A stretch of 64,000 nt of DNA from Balamuthia mandrillaris. Lineage: Eukaryota. Shown here in pieces: positions 47,559 through 57,256 of this stretch. The notes under the pieces were generated by a model. The model was not told the DNA's origin, searched no databases, and saw only the letters and a program-made list of their open reading frames with translations. A program made the position numbers and the translations under genes. The first letter of the stretch is position 1. Every line of letters starts with the position of its first letter. The stretch covers positions 186,001-250,000 of the forward strand of contig JAVKOQ020000025.1 in assembly GCA_031835245.2 (NCBI GenBank). The letters run 5' to 3'.

Positions 47559-49133
47559 ATGCCCACCTTCTCGCCCTTTGAGAAGATGCCGTCATCGAGC
47601 GGCAAGCTGCCTGCCGCCGCGCTCGCCCAACGCGCTTCCCCAAGCACCAGCGGCATCAACTTCGGCAAGCTGGCCAACAGGGCAAAGCAAAGAGGCTCCT
47701 GGGCTGCAGCGCTATGGTCCTTGCGGCCGCTGACGGGGACTTGGGTTGCCACGGAGAAGGTGCACGGGGCGAACGTCTGTTTTGTTGTCGAGTGGGATGA
47801 TGTCGATGTTTCGGCGACAGGGAAGGCATCCTCTTCTTCAACACCAAGGGTGACCCTGGCCCGGCGGCGCGAGGTGCTGCATCCCAGCGAGCGCTTCTTC
47901 GGCGGATGGCAGCGCGTGGTGGACCGCTATCGTGACCGCATTGTCGCGCTGGCAAACCAGGTCAGGAGCGAGGAGAAGCAGGCAGCAGCAGCAGCGGTGG
48001 CGAGTGGCTCAGGCTCCGCTCCTGCAGACGCAGCTCGGCAGAAGAGCAATGGCAAGGCACGTCGAGGCGGGGATCAACCAGCCACTGGCAGTGCTGACAG
48101 AGACGAGCGGCTTCTATCGCTGCCTGTCATTGCTGTGCTGGTGTACGGTGAGATGTTTGGAGGCACCATGAGCGGAGTGCCACCTCTCGAGGGCGTTGAT
48201 GCTGTACAAACTGAAATCGAGTATTCGCCGCATTTTGACTTTTTCGCCTTTGACGTTGCTGTGGCGCGGGACAGCTCTACCGCAGCGCAAGCCTCCGACC
48301 CAACCTCAGCATCGCCACCACCGCTTGCAACACTGAAAGAATACCTGCCCTACCTGCGCGCAGTGGCGCTGTGGGAGCGGCATGGCTTTCCTCTGTGGGC
48401 TCGTCCGATTGCATGTGGCGCCCTCAACGACATGACAGCCATCGACGTGAATGTACTCACCTCCACCGTGCCCGCTCTTGCTCGGCGCGCGGCGGAGGAA
48501 GAGCTCAGATCGCTTGCTTTGAGCTCTGCCTCTGCTGCTTCGCGAGGCAAGAAAGCACAAGCTCAAGCCGCTGAACCTCCCAGACGCAAAGGTGCCAACA
48601 ACACCACAACTCGCTCTACCTCGTCGAAATCTGCAGCAATAGAACTACCTCCCCTGCCGCCACCCCCCATCGCAGAGGGTATAGTGGTGCGAGCGCTTGA
48701 TGATCAAGCACTGTGCAGCGATCACGCCCTTGCACCCACAACACACGGCCGAGCCATGTTCAAGCGCAAATCCCAAGCGTTTTTGGAGAGTGTGAGCGCT
48801 GAGGGTGCGGTGAATGCCCGAGCAGGGAGGCTGCGAAGGGAGCAGGAGAAAGGGTGGCGGAAGTATGCCGAGTGGAATGAAGACGAGGAAGAGACCGAGA
48901 CCGAGACCGAGTTGCATATCGAGACCATCACTGTCGCACGCCTGCAGGCTGTCATCTCCAAAACCGGAAAAATTCCAGCCAGCCGTCAGGCTGAGCTTGT
49001 GGATGCGCTGGTGGCGGATGCCATGGAGGAAGAGGAAGAGCAGGAGCAAGTTACAGGGTTGCAGGTGGATGAGTTGCGGAGGAGAGCAGCAGTGCTGGTC
49101 GAGAGGGAGAAGGCTCGGTGGTGTGCAGATTGA
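47559..49133 (+). CDS. Intronless Rnl2-family ATP-dependent RNA ligase (T4 Rnl2 / kinetoplastid REL-like)
   Basis: Motif I WVATEKVHGAN, III VYGEMFGG, IIIa FDFFAFDV, IV AEGIVVR, V MFKRKS..F.E; C-domain IT.ARL.AVISK.G as in T4 Rnl2. Confidence 0.9.
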   Translation: MPTFSPFEKMPSSSGKLPAAALAQRASPSTSGINFGKLANRAKQRGSWAAALWSLRPLTGTWVATEKVHGANVCFVVEWDDVDVSATGKASSSSTPRVTLARRREVLHPSERFFGGWQRVVDRYRDRIVALANQVRSEEKQAAAAAVASGSGSAPADAARQKSNGKARRGGDQPATGSADRDERLLSLPVIAVLVYGEMFGGTMSGVPPLEGVDAVQTEIEYSPHFDFFAFDVAVARDSSTAAQASDPTSASPPPLATLKEYLPYLRAVALWERHGFPLWARPIACGALNDMTAIDVNVLTSTVPALARRAAEEELRSLALSSASAASRGKKAQAQAAEPPRRKGANNTTTRSTSSKSAAIELPPLPPPPIAEGIVVRALDDQALCSDHALAPTTHGRAMFKRKSQAFLESVSAEGAVNARAGRLRREQEKGWRKYAEWNEDEEETETETELHIETITVARLQAVISKTGKIPASRQAELVDALVADAMEEEEEQEQVTGLQVDELRRRAAVLVEREKARWCAD

Positions 49134-49285
49134 TGATTTCATGTGTGCTAGGAGAGTGGAGATAAAATGAGGAAGGAAAGAAAGAACAAAAAAGACAGAA
49201 AGGCAAAAAGAAAAACGTAGCTAAAAGAAGAAGGATACAGAGACCAGGCAGGTAGAGAAAGGACCAGAAAAAAAAAAGAAAAGGG

Positions 49286-49404
49286 AGGATACAGCACGAT
49301 GGATTCCCGGGTGGTCACCCACCCCAGTACTGACATCGCCTGGCGGAGCTTAACTTCGCTGATCGGACGGGAAGCGGTGCTTTCTCCGCAGTATGGCCGT
49401 ATCC
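49286..49404 (-). rRNA. 5S rRNA, copy 3 (convergent with copies 1 and 2)
   Basis: Reverse complement matches copy 1. Confidence 0.97.
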
Positions 49405-49504
49405 GATGTTTTCCTCTCTTTCTTGCTCTATCTATGTATCGTCTGTAACGCTTCAGATCGAACACGTTCTCGCTGTGGGATAATACATAACGTGTTTTAA
49501 GTGT

Positions 49505-49554
<50 letters not shown>

Positions 49555-49782
49555 GTCTCATTTGTATGTTTTATCATCTTCTTCGGTGAACCATTGAACA
49601 TGGCACACCATTTCTCTCCTCGGTACTAATGCGGTCCTTTCCACTTTTCCTCCGGTCTGTCATGGCGTCATGATTGGCAGGCAGCATGACCCCAAACAAA
49701 TTCCCGACCCTTTCCTCGCCCATAACTGAAAACCCAAAGGGGTGCAGGAACAAGAGAGCTCCACGCAGCAATGCCGGAAACC

Positions 49783-50003
49783 ATCTTCTCGGACATCGGC
49801 TCCGATCGAGTGTAGTATCTGTTCTATCTAGCTTAATCCCTGGATGACTGTCCTCCAGGACTGTCTCTTATGATTAAACCTATTTTTCTCCTTAGGGAGG
49901 GTGTGAGGTGCTGTTGGTTCGCTGGCTTGCCGGCTGAACCGGCCTCACACCTCGAATCGGCTCTGCATGGCACTCCTGCAGAGTTCGTTGCAACGGTCCA
50001 CCT
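49783..50003 (+). ncRNA. U2 snRNA variant, copy 2
   Basis: ATCTTCTCGGACATCGGCTCCGATCGAGTGTAGTATCTGTTCT; downstream nearly identical to copy 1. Confidence 0.82.
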
Positions 50004-50236
50004 CTTTACCATTCATTCCATTACACACAAAGACAACTCGGATCAGGGGGAGTGAATGACTGACGGAGCTTTTGGTACTTCCTCCTACTATTGTGGTTCC
50101 GCCATGGAGAATGGTGAGAGGCGTTGTCCTTCTATTCCGTTGCGTCCGCCAATATAGGGGTAAAAAGAATATCATTTTTTGTTTACGGAGATAAGAATAA
50201 GCAAAAGCATGGAGGGGGAGAAAATGAGAAGACAAA

Positions 50237-52810
50237 CTACTCATCGGCCGTTTCTTCTTCTTTCTCCTCATCCTCCTTCTTTTCTTCCTGTTCTTCTTCT
50301 ACTTCTTCTTCCTTATCTTCCATATTCTCTTCCTCTTCTTCTTTCTCTAATTCTTCCTCCTCTTCGTCTTTCTTCTCCTCATCCGCTCCTTCCTCGTTGG
50401 CAGCATCACCGGAAGCGGTAGAGTCTTGTTTGCTTTGACGCTTGTTTTGACTGGGCTGCTTCTTGTTGGCGGCGGCAGCTTTGGCGGCTTCCAACTTGGC
50501 CAAACGCTCTCGTTCTCTGGCCATCTTTTCCTCCATAAATTGAGCCGATAGCTTTTCATAATGTTCCTAATATTTTTTAACAAGAGTAAGTATCCTCAGA
50601 GGAAAGAGAAGAGAAGCAGAGAAGCAGCAGCAGAGAAGCAGAGAGAGACTAGAGGAGAAGAAAAGGACCAAACCTTGCGAGCTTGGACTTGCTGAATGGA
50701 GGCTTGCACTTCGGACTTGCGAGTGGGCGGAGCCAGCGACAACTTCTCAAACTCGAGGTACGTCTTCATCGAGTGAGTTAATTCTTTGTCTTGATTTTCC
50801 TCTTCTTTCTCCTTTCCTTTTCCTTCTTCCTCTTGTTTCTCTTCCTCCTCTGTCTTCTCCTCTTCTTCTTTCTCTTCTTCCTTTTGCGTAGGCTCCTCTT
50901 CTTTCTTCTCCTTCTTCATCTTCTGTGAAGAATCTTGTAACAGCTTCTCCAGGTGAACTAGGATGCGGCCGCAGCGCGCGATCTCCTCCTTGAACGGCAC
51001 CCGCTGCAGCTCTTTTTGCCTCTTGGCCTCCTCCACCTCTTTCCTCTTGGCCAGTCGCTCCTGGCGCTCCTTCTCCCTCTTCTCCCACTCGGCGTGCTTG
51101 AGGGCGCGTTGGTGTTTCCTCCACTCGTTGCGAATGCGGTTCCTCTCCTGCAACACCTGCTTCTTTTCCTCCTTCAGGAGGTTGATGAGCTTCTTGATTT
51201 GGTCGCGACGATTGTAGAGAGGAGTCACAGCGGATTGCTTGGCACGAAAAGCCTGGTTCAGCTCATCCATCTCCTTGCTTTGCTGCTTCTCGAGGTCGAT
51301 GAAGCGGCCGATCTCGGCGTGCAGCTGTTGGTTCTTGGCGCCGTCTTCGAGCGGCTCAGAGAGGTCCAGTTTGAGGTCGTGTAGCAATTGAGTGTACTCT
51401 CTATTGTTAGTTCAAACGTGTTTGTGAGAAGCAAAATAGACACAATAGAAGACTTTAGAGAAGTAACAAGTAAGAAGCAGACAAAAAGAAGATATGAAGC
51501 ACCAACCTCACAAGTTTTCTCTTAGCTTCCCAAGTCTTGATTTTGTTGGTGAGTTCACGGTCTTGGACGGTGCTTTTGCTGGCCTGGACGAGCTTTTCGA
51601 GGCGTTGTACCTCAATGTCGATCTTCTCATTGTTGTACTCGATGAGGTCATTCTGAGTCTTGCCTTGTCCTCTCAAAGTATATGGCAACTTCTTTCTTGC
51701 TTCGATCAATTTGTCTCTCTAAAAGAAAATAAACGTAAATAAAAACGAATCGAAGGAAAGGGATAGGAGGAGCAGGAGCAGGAGGAGGAGGAAGAACAAC
51801 AAGTCGGAAAGGAGAAGAAAGGAACCTTGTCGTAGAGAGCCTTACGCTCAGCCTGGGCCTCCTTTTTCTTTTGTTGATGTTCCTTCTTGAGCTCCAAGGT
51901 CTGGTCCTGTTTCTCCTTTATGCCCCTCTTCTCGTCTTGCAGGTTCTCCACTTGCTTTCGTATGTTTTCCTGTGTTTTTTTTAAAAAAATTTATTTAGAG
52001 ATTGGTTTTTTCAAGAGAGGAAAATAAAGAATAATAAAGAAAAATGGAATAAAAGCAAAGTAAAGTAAAGAAAGCAAAGAAAAAAAAAAGAAGAAAAAAG
52101 AAAGAAGAAAAAAGAAAAAAGAAAAAAGAAAGTTTAGAAAAAAAGAAAGTTTAGAAAAAAAAAGAAAAGAAAAACAAATAAATAATAAAATAAAACCTAT
52201 AAAACCAATTAAACAAATATATAACAATTAAAAAAAGTAAAAGAAAGGGGTCTTTGGCGGTGGTGGTGGAGGGTACCAGTTCAGCAAAGCAATGCCCGAG
52301 CTTGGCCTCTATCTCATCGAGCTTCTTGGTCTGAGCGCTGTCATCAAACTCCGGCGGCAGTTGCTCCTGCACAGCCGGCTGTTGCTGGTGGTGGTGGTGG
52401 TGGTGGGCTGAGGAGGAGGTTCCCTCCTTGCCGCTTGCCTCCCTCCTCCCCCTCCTCTCCGTCTGAGAGCTCGCTGCATGGTGCTGCTGCTTGTGGGCGT
52501 ACGGATTGCCGCGAGGGAAGAGGGCCTCGTAGGTGATCGGCCCGTTGGCCTTTGTGGCGGCGGTCGAGGGGGCTTCAGTGGAGGAAGAAGGGGATCCCCC
52601 TTCGACGCTCACTTTCTCCTTTCTTGCTTGTTGACCTCCCCCACCTCCTCCTCTTTGATTTGGGTTTTGCTTTTTGGGCTGAGGCTCAGGGTTAGCGCCG
52701 TTGGCTGCTGGTTTGCTGCCTCCTGCTCCTCCTCGACCGCCAGCTGGCCCTCCCCCTTTCTTCCCTCCTCCTCCTCCTTGTTGTTGCTGCTTTGCTTTGT
52801 TCTGCTGCAT
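50237..52810 (-). CDS. Long coiled-coil protein, Bfr1/PPI1-like
   Basis: Low-complexity N-term, coiled coil, PFKEEIARC..L.HL and LTHS...F.KL.LAPP..EV..SI..V.ARK motifs. Confidence 0.6.
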
Positions 52811-53259
52811 TTTTATATAAATAAAATCAAAAAAAAATAATCAAAAAAATCAAATCAAAAATCTGCTTTCTTTCAAAAGCCACAGAGCCCCCCCTTCGTT
52901 CTTTCTTTGATGCTTGATCAAGCTTGATCAAAACCAACACACACACAAAAACACAAACAAAGGAAAGAAAGAGAGAAAGAAAGAAAGAGAGGAACCAAAC
53001 AAACACCCAAAAAGATTTCTTTTCTTTTCTTTTCTTTTTTGTCCAAATTTTAACTCTCAAAAAAACTTTGTTACTATTTTTGGAAAAGATCTCAAATAAT
53101 ATTATCCTTAAATGTAAATTAATGACGTCATTGACCATTAAAGGAATTGGGTGATGTCATGAGTTACTGCCATTGGTCCATTTTTTCAAAAATACAAAAA
53201 AAAGCAAAAAAAAGTGTCGCTTCGCTCTCACTAGAATAAATAAACATAAGGTGGTTGCG

Positions 53260-53671
53260 ATCACCGTTACAAGTGGCGACGTCGGGGCTAGCCGGATGTG
53301 GCGGCGAAGCAGGACCGATAGCGACAACCACCGACGTGATCCAACACACCATCCGAGGAAACCGGTGGTGGAGATGGGGCAATCATGCTCCTCGTTGGCG
53401 GCAGGCCGCTGTTTGGTCGCGGCACTGTGCATCGCGGTCCTGGTCCCGACTTTTGGCGGCTGACCCACACGGCCAGTCGTCGGTGGGCTGCTCCATCAAC
53501 GTAAGTGCAGAAGCGAATCATATGGACAACGGAAACAAACACTACAACAGCTCAGCGGCTAGTGCAGACAGTGCTTTGGGCTAGAACTAAGATCGGAGCA
53601 ACAACACTCCGATGGTTCAGCCACCCAAGTATTAGGATGACTACTCCGACGTCGCCACTTGTAACGGTGAT
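53260..53671. mobile_element. Probable MITE / non-autonomous DNA transposon with 26-bp terminal inverted repeats
   Basis: ATCACCGTTACAAGTGGCGACGTCGG (53260-53285) is the exact reverse complement of 53646-53671; no transposase inside. Confidence 0.7.
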
Positions 53672-53748
53672 ATAGATCGTCACTTGAGTGTTAACCTTCG
53701 GCACTCAGACTCCGTTAGTGACTCCGTTTGTGACTCATCACACTTTAT

Positions 53749-55837
53749 TCAACACCGCTCAAAAATTTTGTACAAGTTTTCCAATTGGGCAATCTGAATG
53801 ACGGTGCCGTCGTTGCAGAACTTTCGTGGCGGGAGGAAGGAACGCAGCGCGGGGAAGATGACGTGCTCTATCCTCCATTCAAAAGAGTGACGATCGTTTC
53901 CCTCGTCTGAAGAAGAAGCAGAAGAAGACGAAGCAGAAGATGAAGAAGGAGAACCGTTTTCCATTTCGTTGGTTGTTTCCATCGAAGAAGAAGAAGGAAA
54001 GATGTCTTCCTCTCGCGGCTTGATGCTGTAGAAGGCAGCCAGCTCCCTCGACACCGAGTCGAAGCAGTTCTGCTCCTCCTCCCATTCGCAGCTGCCCAGG
54101 TGCAACATGAAGACAGGAAGATAGGACATATCGGGGATGTAGTTGTCGATGATTTGAGGGAGACACAACAAGTTGGCGTCTTTGTCGATGTCCAGCTTGA
54201 AGTATTCTCTCAGCATGGCTGATTTCTCCACGAACCGAGAGACAATGTACTTTTGTGTTTATTAGTTTAGCAGATAAGGAGAGAAGATTTTTTTTAAAAA
54301 AAAACAAAGAATGATACCTTCACAATGTCTTCTTTCGGTCCGTCCTCTTCTTGCCATCCGCTGTCAGGGCTGTCCAAGGCAAGCATCAGCAGCCGAGGGA
54401 TGGAAATGGGTTTGGTGAAGCGAATCGCAGCAAAGCTGGCAAACTTGCGCAATATTTCCTGATACATAAACTCCGTGCTATTGTTGTTTTGGTGTAAGAT
54501 AAGAAAGCCACAAGGGAAAGAAACTCTTGGAAAGAAACAGAAGAAGAAAAAACAATAGAGAGGGAACAAAGAAAGGTGCTTACGTTATAGGTTCCAGTTT
54601 ACAGAGGTAAAGCTTGGTACGGTGCTGGATGAGTGCAATAGTGGAGTCCACGCACCCCACAAAAGTATGATGGCAGAACATCTCTGCCAGGCCCTCATGC
54701 ACGTCTCTCTCCACCGCTCTCAGCAGGTTCCTCACGCTGGTGAGCATAACAGGCGGTGCTGCTCGGCTCGTGGCTGGTCTTCGTAGATAAGCTTGTGTTA
54801 AAGAAGAAGATTCATTTCCCCCGCTTGCAGTAAAAGGAGAAGCGGAGGAAGAGGAAGGACGAGCAGGTGAGGGAGCTGGAGTGAGGAAGGAGTGGAGGGT
54901 TTGCATGCGATCGTCTGTACGAACGAGGCTTCGTTGTGGTGTGGAGAGACCGGTAGCGGAAGGTGTGGCAGAAGAAGAGGAAGATGAGGGAATTGGAGTT
55001 CGAGCGCCCATTGGGCTGGCAGCTGCTGACCCAGATGAGTCAAATAGAGAGCTGCCACCACTGTGACCTGAAGTGGGGGTTGCTGAGAGCATTGGAACGG
55101 GCCTACCGCTATTACTTGGAGTGCTGGAGGTACCTCTCCCAACTCCGCTGCTCGCAGAATAACTTGCCTGATTATTTTTAAGATTAGCCATGAAAGTACG
55201 AAGCACACAATGGTAAGACATGCAGAATGAAGGAACCGAAAAACGTTACCTGAGTGTAGAATGTGCGGGAAGAATTAGAGCCAAGAAGTTGGTTTTCCAC
55301 AGCCTTTTGTATGCTGTCCAAGATGGTATCCTCGTGCAAAAAGTGGACCTCTTTCTTGGTGGGGTGAACGTTGACGTCTACGTTTTGCGGCGCCATTTGC
55401 AGGTCCAAATAGATAAAAGGGTGAGTGTTTTTGGGCAGATAGTTTGAGTACACTCCTTCTAAAGTTCTCTTTATGGCCGTCGAGTCCACCAATCTGTCTA
55501 AAATAGAAAAAGACAGGAGGATTGTGAGAAAGAAGGAACAGGAAAAGCAGTATAGAGAATCGCACGGTTGATGAAGAGAATAAAAACTGATTTCTTTCTG
55601 TTGTAATTGGCGTTGGAGACGAATCCTTCCAACTGAAACTGGAGGCCCGGATCCTTGGCGGAAACCGGAAGCAGCTCTCTAGCTATCTCTGCGCCAAAGA
55701 GAAGGCGAATGTTGTCTTGTACAGTACTGTTGGGTTGTGTATGAACCACAGCAGCATTTTGTCCATGCTATTCATTGTGGAAAGAAAGAATACAAGAAAG
55801 CAAGGACGACAGAATATTTAATATCATAAGAAGAGAA

Positions 55838-55889
<52 letters not shown>

Positions 55890-57019
55890 AAGAAAGAAGT
55901 TGAAACAATATTTTAAGAAGAAGAAGAAGAGGGGAGAGAAGAACGTACTTTCTTCAACGTAAAGCCCACTTTTGGGTTGTGGATGGCATAGCGTATGACC
56001 ACATCGCTGATTCGGTTGAACTCTTCCGTTGGGTTACGCATGGCTTTACGTCTCGTCACAACGCTGTAAAAGAGATCTTCCACCTATTAAAGATACAACG
56101 GTTTGCTGATCAGCAACCTGGGGAGTACAAGAAAAGAGAAGAAGCAGAAGCGGAAGAAGAGCAAGAAAAAAGAAAACAAAAAAGAAGAAAACAAGAAGGA
56201 AGCATTACTGTTATTTGAGTTCCTTTTTGGCCGGCACAAGGTTTTGGCTCAGCAAGTTCACCAGGGCGTGAAGGAACTATTTTTCCATCCGCATAACGAG
56301 CCCTGTAAAAAACAAAACGATGCAAGAGCTAAGTAATTCGTCGTAACCTCAGAAAAAAGAAGAAAGAAAGAAGAACAAAGAACAACGAAGAAGATAAACA
56401 AGCAAGAAGCAAGAGAACGGAAGAGGAGCAACAGCCAAGGTGAAGAGGAAGAAGAAGGAGGAGGTGGCGAGAAGCAATACTTGTAAGCAACAGGGGAGTC
56501 CTCGGTCATCGAAGTGATGGTGACGTGAGCCACGTGGCTCACGCTCGCCAGGGCCTCGCCACGAAAGCCATACGTCGCGATGTTCCTCAGGTCCTCAAAC
56601 GCCTGCAGCTTGCTCGTCGTGAATCTCTCACAAACAATATTCATATCATCTTTCTATGTATGGAAGGGATTGATTTTTGTCAAAAGAGATTTTTTTCGAA
56701 AAAAAAAAAAATGAAACAAAGGAGGAGAAAGTACCTGAATGCCATGCCCGTTGTCCGTAATTTGCAACAGCTTGATGCCTCCCTCTTTGGCCAAGATGCT
56801 GATCAAAGTAGCGCCAGCGTCCAAGGAGTTCTCCATCATCTCCTTCAGGGCGTTGGCTGGCCTCAAGATGACCTCCCCAGCGGCGATGCGGTTGACCACC
56901 GTGGGGTCGAGCTTTTTGATGGGTCGTGGGGCACTGCTGCCACTGCTGTTGCTGCTGTTAACACGTGGTTGCTCCTCGTCCATTGGATTGCCTTGGCTGT
57001 CCCCTATCAGCGGTTCCAT
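53749..57019 (-). CDS. MLH1: DNA mismatch repair protein MLH1
   Basis: [59 protein letters not shown]-terminal LYKIFERC. Confidence 0.97.
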
Positions 57020-57256
57020 CTTCTCTCTCTGTCGACTTTCTTTTGTGGTTTTCTTTTTGGCGGGAAGAAAATCTTTTAAAAATTTCCAAGTAAACACAAT
57101 CGCTTCCAAGTATTTTTTCCAAAATATTCCTAGAAAAAATTGCTGGAATCCTGGGTCGACCCGAGTTTTTTTTTTTCAGGACTTTTATTGTTCGTGCAGA
57201 GGGAGAGAAGAGAAGGGAAGGGAAGGGGATGGCCGTGGATTTTTTGTTTCTCTTCG

